The notes under the pieces are model-generated. The model was not told where the DNA came from and did no database searches. It worked only from the letters and a program-made list of their open reading frames with translations. Positions 40,330-53,444 of a stretch of 64,000 nt of DNA are shown here, piece by piece. The DNA lies in NCBI GenBank assembly GCA_951406725.2, contig OX597815.1:21204001-21268000 (forward strand), in the 5' to 3' direction. The position numbers were made by a program, and so were the translations under genes. This DNA comes from Octopus vulgaris. Its lineage: Eukaryota. Every line of letters starts with the position of its first letter. The first letter of the stretch is position 1.

Positions 40330-40670
40330 AAAGTGTTGTAAACCCTTCTAAGGTTCTATGATATAAGAATACACTTGTTAAAGCCTTTTCCAGATACCCT
40401 TTATAAAGAACACCCTACCAAACAGATGCTGTACGATAAGTTTCCAAAAGTATTAAACACCATTAGAGAAAAAAAGAGCTCGCTTTGCTGAACTCTTCTG
40501 GAGAGTTAAGAAGGATCTCATTGGTGATACCGTACTTTGGAGTCGTCATGGTCGTAATTGCATTGATCGCTCTATGAAGACATACGTCTACCAATTAATA
40601 AGAGAGGAACCATAAGAGATTTAGACAAATGGGGGGAACCAGGGTCACGCGAATAAGAGCTACCTCGACT
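40330..40670 (+). mobile_element. RTE-X-like LINE C-terminal remnant
   Basis: KEHPTKQMLYDKFPKVLNTIREKRARFA...DTVLWS..GRNCIDRSMKTYVYQL, followed by GAT/GAC triplet repeats. Confidence 0.6.
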
Positions 40671-41363
40671 CAATAATGATGGTGGTGGTGGTGGTGGTAA
40701 CGACGACGACGACGATGATGATGATGATGATTACGACGACGACGGCGATGATGATTTTCTTTGATTTGGAGTTCAAGCAAGGATCCAAGGAGATAGAATT
40801 GATGATTAAAAAGAATCCTAATCTTCAAAGAGGTTGGTAGAATTTCGTTGTAATTATTTGCAGATCAATACAACTTCTTGCGCGACCAAAATTAAGTTCA
40901 GGAATTCTGAGAAGTGTATCAGGAACGAAAAACAATAGAAATATTGGAATGATAAACGCCGTTCTTAAAAATGTGTCTATATCTGTCAAGAGGTCAGACA
41001 GAGAGATTATAAAACCAGCCAGAATACTCAAGACTAAGAAAAGAATGTGTGGATTATAGATATTTTGATTCAGGATTTCCCGATTTTTTAATGTTTAACT
41101 TTAATTGGACTATTGAGGTGAAGAAATTCATTTATATTTAATTTCATAAAAATTGGCCGTTTTTTGTTGGGTTTTTTTTTTTTGTTGTTTTTTTTTCAGC
41201 TGGCAATTCAAATATTTAGTGTAAATATTTGGCAAAGTTTAAGAAAACCCCAATGTTTGAAAATATGACGATTGAAATTTTATTGGAAACTGTAAATTTG
41301 TAATGATATATATACAAAGAAAGATAAATATTCTATTTATCAGATAATATTTTTTTAAAAAGT

Positions 41364-41612
41364 GGAGGCGCGTGGCTTAGTGGTTAGGGTGTCAGCATCA
41401 TGATCGTAAGATTGCGGTTTCGGTTCCTGGACCGGGCGACGCGTTGTGTTCTTGAGCAAAGCATTTCATTTCACATTGCTCCAGTCCACTCAGCTGGCAA
41501 AAATAAGTAACGCTGCGATGGACTTGCGTCCCGTCCAACTGGGGAACACATACGCCATAGAAACCGGGAAACCGGGCCCATGATCTTGGCTAGGCTTTAA
41601 AAAGGGCGCATT
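41364..41612 (+). mobile_element. tRNA-derived SINE family C (V-domain-like)
   Basis: A box TGGCTTAGTGG, B-box-like GTTTCGGTTCC, and CTGCGATGGACTTGCGTCCCGTCCA. Confidence 0.8.
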
Positions 41613-42151
41613 TATTATATTTTTTTTTTTACTTAATAAACACCATTTTGTTACTATTTGGTTGAAAATACATTTTATTAATTCGAAATCGATATATTGA
41701 TCTTCTTAACGCCCAGTGATCGAATAAGTTGTGCCAACACAGATATGACAACTTTGAGATCAGCAAATACGTTTCTGGAAGATATTTCCCTAATCATAAC
41801 TCTAGAATCCAAACTTAAATCTTAACCTCAGACCAAAATCTAACCCAGAACTTTAACATTTTGGGGCTTGATAATTTCAACATTGATTTAGTGATGTTTT
41901 TGTGTTACGTGTTTCGTCAAACTAGAGTCTATATATTTGGGGGACGTTATTTATTCAATCAAAATTAAATATTTTATATCATTCAATCTGAGTCATAATA
42001 ATGAACGTATCTGATTTCCCACATTTTTTTTTTTTTATTGTTTACAATGTAACTCCTTGATTTTTAAGTAAAGTCTGCAAACTACAAGCTGATGTTGGAA
42101 CAGCATACTATATTCGCCCCACAAAATATTTTGATTCATCCTCGTGTTTGA

Positions 42152-42232
42152 AGTTCCGATGAAGTTGTAAGGCGATAGTCAATCACTTGTATATGAGCGC
42201 ATTGAATCTTGTAATAGAAACAGCTGTAAGTT
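42152..42232 (+). ncRNA. hammerhead-like motif, second family (copy 2)
   Basis: Homolog of 35607-35687 within a shared repeat of about 160 bp ending in (TG)n. Confidence 0.5.
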
Positions 42233-42300
42233 AATAAAGTTCATAACATAATTGTCTATTCTTTTGTTATCCCAATTTCTTGTGTGTGTGTGTGTGTGTT

Positions 42301-42514
42301 CGAGGGGGTGCTGAAAAATTCCTGGCATCAAGGGTGTCGCGAAAGGCCTGGTTGGAGGCCTAACCTTCCAAGTTCTTTTACAGGGCTTAGAAAACTGAAG
42401 GGCCGCTGCAATAACTTTGTGTGAATCTGAGAGGGGAATATGTTGAATAAAATCATAATTAACTGATCCTCCTGTATTTTCTTTTATCCAAAGCCAGAAA
42501 CTTTTCAGCACTTA

Positions 42515-42518
<4 letters not shown>
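42301..42518. mobile_element. mariner-type MITE
   Basis: CGAGGGGGTGCTGAAAAATTCCTGGC / GCCAGAAACTTTTCAGCACTTACTCG imperfect TIRs. Confidence 0.75.
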
Positions 42519-42595
<77 letters not shown>

Positions 42596-42596
42596 A

Positions 42597-43246
42597 CAGA
42601 GTGTTCGGACTTAATTTGATAGTTTGTATTTAAGGAAAAGAAGGCAATACTCTATATCCAAAAATAAAAGTATTTTTATTTTACTCAAAAAATATCAAGC
42701 AGATTATGGCCCCGAAATCTGGCGCATGAGTTCTTCACTGTGTCCCTGGGAATATCTCTGAACATTTCATTGACCTTGGCCACCAGCTCAGGCCTTGGTG
42801 TTTTCTCGATTGCGCTCCATACATTGTAATCAATGGAATTACAATCGATGGAATTAAGCTACCTTAAATTGAGGCTGATGAAGTCGTAGAAATTCTCCGA
42901 TAACCATTTTTTTTAATGTTTCCGGAGCTGTGGCAAAGAATCAAATCTTGTGGTCACGCATATGACCTTCCAGCAAGAACTCTTTCCAGCTTTGGATTGA
43001 CTGGTCTCTAGCAGCTTCACATAGGTCGTTTGAATTGAGCATAAGGTTCTGTTCAAAGATGGTAGATGAATTCTGGCGCACGAATCATCATGAAACAGGT
43101 AACTCTTTTCGCATACTCAGATGGTTTCTAGTCCTCCATATCAGCTCACTTTTCCTCAGCTACATCTTTAATGTTGATGATCTCCAACGCCGTTGACTGC
43201 TCACCAATACATCAACCTGTTCCTAGAATAATTAGTCCGAACACCC
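42597..43246 (-). mobile_element. Tc1/mariner (DD37D-like) internally deleted remnant
   Basis: TIR core GTGTTCGGACT at both ends; minus frames KWLSENFYDF...DCNSIDYNVWSAIEK...VKNSCARFR. Confidence 0.75.
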
Positions 43247-43249
43247 ATC

Positions 43250-43652
43250 ATATGTATGTATGTATGTATGTATGTGTGTGTGTGTATGTATGTATGTATG
43301 TATGTATGTGTGTGTGTATGTATGTGTGCATGTATGTGTGTATGTATGTATGTGTGTATGTATGTATGTATGTATGTATGTATGTGTGTATGTATGTATG
43401 TGTGTATGTATGCATGTATGTATGTATGTATGTATGTATGTATGTATGTGTGTATGTATGTGTGTATGTATGTATGAATGCATGTATGCATGCATGTATG
43501 TATGTATGCATGCATGTATGTATGTATGTATGTATGTATGTATGTATGTATGTATGTGTATGTATGTATGCATGTATGTATGTATGTATGTATGTATGCA
43601 TGTATGTATGTATGTATGTATGTATGTATGTATGTATGTATGTATGTATGTA
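43250..43652. repeat. (TATG)n microsatellite
   Basis: Directly visible. Confidence 0.95.
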
Positions 43653-44860
43653 TCAAGCAACTTTAAAAAAAAACAGATCACCTTGTAAGATGTATGAAAC
43701 ACGGAAAGTGTAGGTTCTCGAGAAAGGAAGTAATTATGAACCCACGAATGATAAATACGGGTTCAAAAGCTCAGTTGCTCATTATTGAACGAGATGTTAG
43801 AAGTCCTTGAAGTAGATCGTCTTCATGTGGTTAAAAAGGTAAAATGTAAGAAATATTCTAATGACAATTAGAAAAGAAGAAGCTATTTTTGAAAATTCTT
43901 AACGTATACATATATTATCTGATGAAGCAAAAATATGTAAGACAGAAAACCCTACGTCTACAAGATATCTTTCCGGCAATTTTACATAAACATATTTTAA
44001 AATAATACATATAATTTAGAGTGGTTGTAAACTGTCAATTTAACGCGACAGTCCCGTAAAGGGAATCACACTACCGCTATTTAGCTCTAGGAAGCATCGA
44101 CGCTTCCTGTCGGCTTTGACACATTTCCTGTGTCCTTATATTTGCGAAGGGGAGGAAGCACCCCCAAGCGAAAGAATTTGCGGCTAACCTCAAAATAACA
44201 TTGAAAAGAAAACATAAATATAACTTTTAGCAGACTGAAATTCCGACTTATAAATCCTGCTAAAAGCAAATTAGTTAAAACAAGACTATTTTAGGATCGA
44301 TTAACACTAGTAATTAAACAAAGCAGCAATCAAGCCCTTAGAATACAAGCCTTTAGTATCTCTGCCATAAAGTGGCTTAATGGCACAAATGATGAGCATA
44401 ATAGTCAGCACACACGGCTTGATATCGTTGAGTTTTGCCCATCTCTAGCCGAATGTCTTCAAATGGTTTTAAAATTCTATAGATTTACCCTAATTATGAG
44501 TGTGCCCATAACATAATTATGCACTCTAGAAAATTACTTCTTTTTCTATGATTCATTTTTGAGTCAAACGTAGTAATACGGAACTATTTGTCATCCCATT
44601 AGATGTTTTGATGAAATCTAAGTTAATAGTTTTATTCATCGTAGACTCATTCCGGGCAAAATTCGATGGATTGATTATCTCACGTAATAAAAAACGGCCT
44701 CTTTCTAGATAGGAAAGACCTAATTAACATAATTAAAGATTTAACTTAAATAACTTTGTTAGTACGAACATAAATATTGTTAATTTCTTAAACATAACAG
44801 AAAAATTAAACATTGGAAAATACAACCCATGTAGCCTACCCAATGAAATTTTGCAATACA

Positions 44861-45245
44861 CTAGCAGTATCGCCCGGCGTTGCTTGGGTTTGTTTCGACC
44901 CTTTAGAATTGAAATGTTTGAAAAGTAAAAATTTTGCATCATGTAGCTTGTTATTCTCTTTAAGTGAACATTTTTCTGGTTGAAATACACCGAAAAATGG
45001 CGACACAGCAGTAAAAGAAAATCGTAAAAAATAGGGATTTTCATAGAAAAAAAAGCACCTTTTTGATGTTAATAATTTTTGGTGTTAAAATGGTCCGATT
45101 TGAATTTTATCTTCTACGGAATGAAGAGCAAGCCTTCTTCTATCATACTCTCAATTTTGGTCAACTTGCGCCGCAGGGTCTCGGAGGAGATAGTGTTAGT
45201 TGAAGGCTACCAAACCTGCCATACACAGAGAACTTCAGAGAGAGA
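44861..45245 (-). mobile_element. non-autonomous Helitron, different internal sequence
   Basis: A|CTAGCAGTATCGCCCGGCGTTGCTTGGG terminus shared with the family. Confidence 0.75.
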
Positions 45246-45872
45246 TTTATAAAAACTTTGATCTATATCTAACTTCACTATTTTATAAAATTTAGTAAGA
45301 TTTTCGAGCGAATCTTTGATGTATTCTCTTTCGAGGAGTCTTTCAATTGCTTTGCTATTATAAGAATGCATTACAAACAGCTTTGAAGAAAATATATTAT
45401 ATATGTAGACAAAATATTGCCGATAGAAAACATCAATAAAATGTATTTCTTATTCACGTTTATATTAGAATGTTATTTTGATATTGTGAGATGATTGCTA
45501 AACTTCATTTAAAAAATACACCCACGAATAATAAATTTCACCTAATCTTCAATGAAATAATGTTAAAGTTAGTTACAGTTGTACTGAAAATTTTGCTGCT
45601 CCTGTAGCTATGTCCAGTAAGAATCTTATCACATTTAGACGCACATATCCTACCTCACCAATGCAGCTATTCCTCCTGTCATCCATACTGTGTAAACCCT
45701 TTCACCCCAGGCCTACAGAATCCCAACTGCGATTCCTTCCTCAGTCTACTTTCTAAAAACCCCCCATCCCTGCATATGCTTTTATCTGCAGCTGCGAATA
45801 TACAGTCTTTCAAGAGGAATATGCGTATGAGGAGAGGAGAGTTATGTATGTGTTTGTGTATGTTTGTGTGTT

Positions 45873-45957
<85 letters not shown>

Positions 45958-46309
45958 CTGTGTCTCTGTGCGCGTATATGTGTGTGTGTCTATATACTGC
46001 ATTTATTCGTGTATAAGTTGCGTTCGTCTATAAGTCGCAACCCGTATTTTGCATGGAAAATTTGGTACAAAATTGCGTAATATAAATCTTCAAAAAAGCA
46101 AGACAAATGAGTTACCATATTTCAACGCATTTATTAACAAAATATATTACATACTAGATTACGGAATGGCTGCTATAGGTGGAATGTCTTTGACCATATG
46201 TCTGCTCGATAAGGGCTCAACAACAGCAACACAAACACTTTTCCTCCCTCTCGGATAAAAAGATTAGAAATAAAATATTTATTCATCTGAATATTTATAC
46301 ACATTTGTA

Positions 46310-46541
46310 AGGTGGCGAGCTGGCAGAAACGTTAGCACGCCGGGTGAGATGCGTAGCCGTATTTCGTCTGCTGTTACGTTCTGAGTTCAAATTCCGCCGA
46401 GGTTGACTTTGCCTTTCATCCTTTCAGGGTCGATAAATTAAGTACCAGTTACGCACTGGGGTCGATATAATCGACTTAATCCGTTTGTCTGTCCTTGTTT
46501 GTCCCCTTCTGGGTTTAGCCCCTTGTGGGTAGTAAAGAAAT
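46310..46541 (+). mobile_element. SINE family A with 19-bp TSD
   Basis: TSD ATATTTATACACATTTGTA at 46291-46309 and 46542-46560. Confidence 0.95.
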
Positions 46542-47180
46542 ATATTTATACACATTTGTACATATGTATGCAAATGGTGCACATCGCAAAAATAACCAAA
46601 AGTAACCGTGATACACATCACCCTCATAAGATTACTGCCAACATTGGAATGAAGACTTAGGGTGTGGCTGTTTGGACACAGGTGACTTGACACGGTTGGC
46701 TGGACATTAAACCTGTTTTTCGTCACCAGTAATTTTTGGCACGAGACGAACGTGCGTGCGCTGAAATATACACAAAGAGAGAGAAGGAGAAGAGAAAGAG
46801 AGAGAGAGAGATTCTGATTTTATTGACTGAATCCGATTCACATACACATTTCCTTTCTCCTTATACACATAAAAAATATGATCAAACGCTTAAACACAGA
46901 GAGACAGAGTTGGGGAGGAACAACGTCTGATGTCAAGTAAGTCAGCGTCAAATCAGTAACACCAAATGGGCAGCGCCAAAACGGCTGTGCAAAAGTTTCA
47001 TGCAAAAAATATGGATACAGATGCTTTGTAGAATATTTGCACGCAAACATTCTAGGCAACATTTCCATTACTGTTCGATTGTTCTTGCTTCTTTGTCTAT
47101 CAAACTGTGTATTATTCCTAACCAAACTAAATACGCCTGTTTCTTAACCTCCCATCATTAATAAAGAATATCCCCCACTA

Positions 47181-48570
47181 AGGCGACGAGCTGGCAGAAA
47201 CGTTAGCACGCCGGGCGAAATGCTTAGCGGTATTTCGTCTGCCGTTACGTTCTAAATTCAAATTCCGCCGATGTCGACTTTGCCTTTCATCCTTTCGGGG
47301 TCGATAAATTAAGTACCAGTTACGCACTGGGGTCGATGTAATCGACTTAATACCTTTGTTTGTCCCCTCTATGTTTAGTCCCTTGTGGGCAATAAAGAAA
47401 TAAGAATATCCCCACTAAGGCTTTCACTAAACACTTTCCAGCCTCTCCTACTCAAAACAGCAGCTACCTTCAACTTTTTCCTTACCTATGGTTTCCCAAC
47501 AGAAACTCAATCAGATTATCAACTGTATCGAACATACTTGACTGGAGGATACATTCCAGAATTAAAGGAACAATCACCAGCCGCCTTTTCTGGCCGAATA
47601 AAAGAAAAATCCACGTAGCAGTTTTATAATGGGTTTTAAGGCGCGAGCTGGCAGAATCGTTAGCACGCCGGGCGAAATGCGTAGCCGTATTTCGTCTGCC
47701 GTTACGTTCTGAGTTCAAATTCCGCCGAGGTCGACTTTGCCTTTTCATCCTTTCGGGGGTCGATAAATAAACAACCAGTTTCGCACTGAGAGTCGATGTA
47801 ATCGACTTAATCCCTTTGTCTGTCTTTGTTTGTCCCCTCTATGTTTAGCCCCTTGTGGGCAATAAAGAAATAAGAATATCCCCACAAAGGCTTTCACTGA
47901 ACACTTTCCAGCCTCTCCTATTCAAAACAGTAGCTACCTTCAACGTTTTCTTTACCTATGGTTTCCCAACAGAAGCTCAATCAGATTATCAACCGTATCG
48001 AACATAATTGACTGGAGGAGATATTCCAGAATTAAAGGGATAATCACCAGCCGCCTTTTCTGACCGAATACAAGAAAAATCCACGTAGCAGTTTTATAAT
48101 GGGTTTTAAGGCGGCGAGCTGGCAGAAACGTTAGCACGCCGGGCAAAATGCGTAGCCGTATTTCGTCTGCCGTTACGTTCTGAGTTCAAATTCCGCCGAG
48201 GTCGACTTTGCCTTTCATCCTTTCGGGGGTCGATAAATAAACTACCAGTTTCGCTCTGGGGGTCGATGTAATCGACTTAATCCCTTTGTCTGTCTTTGTT
48301 TGTCCCCTCTATGTTTAGCCCCTTGTGGGCAATAAAGAAATAAGAATATCCCCACAAAGGCTTTCACTGAACACTTTCCAGCCTCTCCTATTCAAAACAG
48401 TAGCTACCTTCAACGTTTTCTTTACCTATGGTTTCCCAACAGAAGCTCAATCAGATTATCAGCTGTATCGAACCTAATTGACTGGAGGAGACATTCCAGA
48501 ATTAAAAGAACAATCACCAGCCGCCTGTTCTGACCAAATAAAAGAAAAATACACGTAGCAGTCTTATAAT
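47181..48570 (+). repeat. tandem triplication of a 470-bp unit (SINE A plus unique flank)
   Basis: TAAGAATATCCCCAC recurs at 47401, 47871 and 48341. Confidence 0.92.
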
Positions 48571-48904
48571 CGGGGTTTCTTTACAATCGTCAATCTGCAT
48601 GAATTCCAATTCAATATCAACCTTTCCGGTCTGAGCGTACTTGCTCGATGTAGCAGATTAATCTCACTCAAATCGAACCCTTTCCTCTTGAAAAAAAGTG
48701 GATAAAGCACAAGGGATAATGTTGTCCTACATGCAACATGTTCCGTCCTGTCTTGAAGTAGAAATACGAGATGATCACGAGTAGAATGACTTTGGTGATA
48801 TATTTGCTTGATCAGGGTTCATTTAGAGCTAAGCAACAACATAAGCGTAGCCCCTCCCTCTCAGAAGAATGTGTTTATAATTTTTTTTTTAAATATAACA
48901 CATC

Positions 48905-49166
48905 ATACATACACACATACATACATACATACATACGTACGTACGTACGTACATACATACACACATACATACATACATACATACATACATACATACATAC
49001 ATACATACATACATACATACATACATACGTACGTACGTACGTGCGTACGTGCGCACACACATACATACATACATACATACATGCATACATACATACATAC
49101 ATACATACATACATGTATGCATGCATGCATACATACATACATACATACGTACGTACGTACATACAT

Positions 49167-49199
<33 letters not shown>

Positions 49200-49276
49200 T
49201 ACATACATACATACATACATACATACATGCATGCATACATACATACATACATACATACATACATACATACATACAT

Positions 49277-49331
<55 letters not shown>

Positions 49332-49345
49332 TACATACATATACA
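48905..49345. repeat. (CATA)n/(CGTA)n microsatellite
   Basis: Directly visible. Confidence 0.95.
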
Positions 49346-49469
49346 TGTGTAAATATGTGCACAAATATTTTACGTCAGAGAAACAAAAGCCAAACCTCAG
49401 CAGATAAAGAATTTAATAAAAGACAAAAATATATATAACGCATCGTCTATGTCCCATTTTATACAAAGC

Positions 49470-49532
49470 GACCAATTTTGTGTGAACACCGGTAACACAC
49501 ATGTGCCCGATGCTTTGGTTGTAACTTATTCG
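49470..49532 (+). other. candidate non-coding first exon / promoter of the PTCD1-like gene
   Basis: Strong donor CG|GTAAGT at 49533 in CpG-retaining unique DNA. The first coding exon has an acceptor 15 nt before its ATG, so an upstream exon is required. Start coordinate is a guess. Confidence 0.35.
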
Positions 49533-50931
49533 GTAAGTCAGAGTTTTATCGAATATTTTCACGCAAATACTGTTATAAATTCTGTTATTCTACATTCGTC
49601 TTCGTATTTAATATAATACTTAATCGTGAGATTATAGCATATTTATAAACGTCAATAAAGGATTCGGTATTCTTTGTATTCTTAAACATGACCCCTGCAT
49701 CAACGATTTCGTGATCCCAAGGTGAATTGGTTTTGTTTTAAAGTTACTTGTATTATTTTTACTGCCTTTTCTAAATACAATCACTATAATTAGGGGTCAA
49801 GCCCTTCTCACGGTCACATCTCATATATATATATATATATACAAATTAAGATAGGGGTTGTAAATGCAACCCTCCATGGGATAACATATATCCAATATAC
49901 TGCTAGTGAAGTACCCAACAAAGTTAATACATAAATGTTAATGATTGCGATGTAATCAATTCATTTACTGTATTATATGGGCATATATAAATAAATTACC
50001 TACAACGACTACCTAGCAAAGTAAATAAAACACAAAATAAATAATTTTTTTACACAAAGTAAATAATTTTTGTTAAACAAAGTAAATAAAGCACAAACAC
50101 ACAAAGTAAATAATTTTTTAAACAATGTAAATAACACAAAGTAAGGATCGACTAGTCATGACTAGCTTGCGCGCACCGGGACCACTGTTCTCATGTAGTA
50201 CCTTACATATATAACTATTTACTTGAGCATTAATTTGTATTTTAACTGTGATGCTTGGAAAGATATGCCAATGAAAGAATATATGTGAATTAATGGACAA
50301 ATAACTTAATAGATAATTTTCGTATTAACCCGTTAACAATGTTGGTGCATGTAATTAAAAACCTTTTTTTTTTCCATGTCATAAATTGAAAGACTAGTAT
50401 TGGCCAACTGTTTGTTCCGTTGTATATGTTTGTCTAGTGACATTAGTTATCAATTACTATATAAACAAACTAAAGATCCTCTGTATAGCTGTTATAAGCA
50501 GTGGCAGCAACATAAAATTGATAAATGGTTCAATAAGGAATTGTACTAAGTTCAGTTCCTTGTACGTTTGTGTCTATGTGTAGCCAGAATACCAATCTTT
50601 GTTTTTATTGTTTATCTCAGAGCAAATCTGGTCAAGTAGACTTATGATCAAAGGCCTTGAACATCTCACCATTTTTCAAAGAAAGTGTATAAGGATAATA
50701 TCCAATGTTTTTTTTTAATAGGTGGTAGGATGTGTGTTTTAAGGAAGATTTGGTTGCTATTTCTAGCAAGCTGGTTGACTAAATAGAAGCTCCTTCGGTT
50801 CATTAATGACGAATATCTGAGTAGTTTACTTAACTATCAACAGTTAGATGAACTAAGGGCTACTGTTGCTGCACTTATTCTTTGAAGGGAGGTAATCAGC
50901 TTTTTGTCGATTTTTTTTTTCTTTTAATATA

Positions 50932-51224
50932 TCTCTATATATAATCTTTATAGTCGTGATTCATATCGAGCCCTTCTGGGTATTAGCGCGCGTCTACGAT
51001 GAGTCTACGATTTAAAAAAAAAATTACCATAATTTTTTTTCCATTTTAATGCATTTTTCGCTATTATATAAGGGAAGTAACTCTCTAAAAATCTCTACGA
51101 TGAGTCAACGATTTTTAAAAAAATTTACCATCATTTTTTTGCTATTTTTTGGCTATAACTCTCTAAAAATGCTTATATAGTTATTTCCCTTACAAACCCG
51201 AGCAACGCCGGGCGATACTGCTAG
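50932..51224 (+). mobile_element. non-autonomous Helitron (internally deleted)
   Basis: A|TC start; CCCGAGCAACGCCGGG hairpin; CTAG|T end. Confidence 0.85.
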
Positions 51225-51591
51225 TTGAATATAAACAGAATTGTATTTCCCAGGTACAGGTAGGTCAGCAGAGATTGGACAGTTTAACTAAGAAAGTGTG
51301 GTGGAGTTTAACTAAGATAAACTTGATAAAATGAGATAAATGGAATCTTGGTAGTGGGTAAGGTAGGTTGGTCATATCTGAAAATATTTGACACTTAGTT
51401 GCTACTCATCCCCTCCCTCTTTCTCCTTGATAAATATCTGCAGGTAAAGTGTTGAATGGAGTGGAAACTGAATACCAGGTTCAAATGGTTGCTACAGAAT
51501 GAGCTCTGACTAAGTCACTTAAGAACAAGGAGTTGAAGTTATAGCTAACAGCCTGGTTTCATTTTTAGAAACAAAATTTGTTATTACTTAA

Positions 51592-52198
51592 CCCTTTCGT
51601 TACCAAACCGGCTGAAACCAGTTCTGGCTCAGAAGTACAAATGTCTTGTTTCCATAAGTTTTGAATTAAAATCTTCCACCAAACCTTAGTCACAATTTAT
51701 GTTCATAACACTAGCTTAATGATAACTCTTTTACTTGTTTCAGTCATTTGACTGCGGCCATGCTGGAGCACCGCCTTTAATCGAGCAACTCGACCCCGGG
51801 ACTTATTCTTTTTGTAAGCCCAGTACTTATTCTTTCGGTCTCTTTTGCCGAACCGCTAAGTCACGGGGACATAAACACACCAGCATCGGTTGTCAAGCAA
51901 TGCTAGGGGGACTAACACAGACGCACAAACAAACACACATACATATATACGACAGGCTTCTTTCAGTTTCCGTCTACCAAATCCACTCACAAGGCATTGG
52001 TCGGCCCGGGGCTATAGCAGAAGACACTTGCCCAAGATGCCACACAGTGGGACTGAACCCGGAACCATGTGGTTGGTTAGCAAGCTACTTACCACACAGC
52101 CACTCCTGCGCCTAGTTATTTTACTAAATTGTTTGTTATGTTTAAAATTAATTGAAAGAAACATGGAGCATCTCAAAATAAATACGGTAACGAAAGGG
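51592..52198. mobile_element. piggyBac-type MITE with nested SINE
   Basis: TTAA|CCCTTTCGTTACC ... GGTAACGAAAGGG|TTAA. Confidence 0.85.
51727..52112 (-). mobile_element. SINE family B
   Basis: Near-consensus reverse copy inside the piggyBac MITE. Confidence 0.9.
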
Positions 52199-52308
52199 TT
52201 AAAAGTGACTCCTCCTCAGAAATACCTCTAAATGCTAAAGACGAGTGGCTTTTTGTATCACTGTTATCTGGAGAATTTTTCTTGTTTTTGCAGATTTCCT
52301 ATGACGCA

Positions 52309-52934
52309 ATGTCGAAGTTACTGATAGGAGTTACAAAAGCAATTCAGCTACAGTCTGGAATAACCAGAAACATATGTCTCAACAAAATTCCTTCAGTGAC
52401 TCTGTTGGATAATCTCTCAACAAAACTAACCAAGGCTAGTATCTCAGCTGGAACCAATAACTACTGCACTGTTAATGCTTCTTCTACTGAACCTTCTCCA
52501 GCTCCTAAAAATAATGAAAATAAAAAGACTGCAACGTCGAAAGTGCATCGAAAACGTTATAAGAGAATTCTGACTGCAGAAGAAAAAGAAGAAAATGAAA
52601 ATTGGCTTAAAACAACTGTTACATGTTCCGACATCGATTCGTTTGGTAGTATTTGGCAAAGTACAAGGGCACCTGCTCTTCAGCCATTAAGAAACACTTC
52701 TAAAATACAGAAAAAGAAAACAATTGTTGAAAAACCAAAAGAACAGTTATTAAGAAATACTTCTGTAATACAGAAAAAGGAAAGTACAGTTAGAAAACCA
52801 AAAGAAGTTTCTTTTAAGAGTTACCCTACCTCGAAATCTCAAACAAATCTATCTTCATGGTCTAATAGTTTTGGGAGCCTTGCTGACCGATTAGAGCAAA
52901 AGAAATTACTCTACGATGCAACTGAGGATGGCAG
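52309..52934 (+). CDS. PTCD1: pentatricopeptide repeat protein 1, mitochondrial-like; first coding exon
   Basis: Acceptor ttgcag|52294, ATG at 52309 (MSKLLIGVTKAIQLQSGITRN, acid-poor and presequence-like), SFGSLAD motif, donor AG|GTTAGT phase 2. Confidence 0.8.
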
Positions 52935-53145
52935 GTTAGTTTAGTCTTTTTCTAGTTTCAGTAATTGAGTTGTCCCATGCTGGGGCACTTTCTTCATGGA
53001 TTTTAGTCAATTATATCAATTCAGTACTTAGTCTCATGCTAATTTATCATTCTCTATTTATTGACTGGTTGTGTTCGTATATAGAGTTGCTTCCCATTAT
53101 GGAATTATCTCTACTGCTTGTTATATTTGTTTCACATGGATCAAA

Positions 53146-53342
53146 TCATCATCATCATTATTTAGCATCCGTTTTCCATGCTAGCATGGGTTGGACGGTT
53201 CAGCTGGGGTCTGGGAAGCCAGGAGGCTGCACCAGGCCCAGTCTGATCTGGCAATGTTTCTACGCCTGGATGCCCTTCCTAATGCCAACCACTCCATGAG
53301 TGTAGTGGGTGCTTTTTATGTGCCACCGGCACAGGTGCCAGA
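53146..53342 (-). mobile_element. RTE LINE 3' end (family D)
   Basis: Reverse of GGAAGGGCATCCAG...CCAACCCATGCTAGCATGGAAAACGGA..TAAAT(GAT)n. Confidence 0.8.
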
Positions 53343-53444
53343 CGGGGCAAATACATCAGGAAATTTATATTGCTGCACATAACCATGTAGTTTCAGGTTC
53401 AATTCTACTGTATGACATCCTGGACAATTTTCTTTTACCACAGC

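Noticed and set aside
41364-41435. tRNA-like sequence with A and B boxes
   Set aside because: It is a SINE head continuing into SINE body; no complete cloverleaf.
46606-46761. Possible minus-strand exon after a TATATTTCAG acceptor
   Set aside because: No convincing donor, partner exon or recognisable protein.
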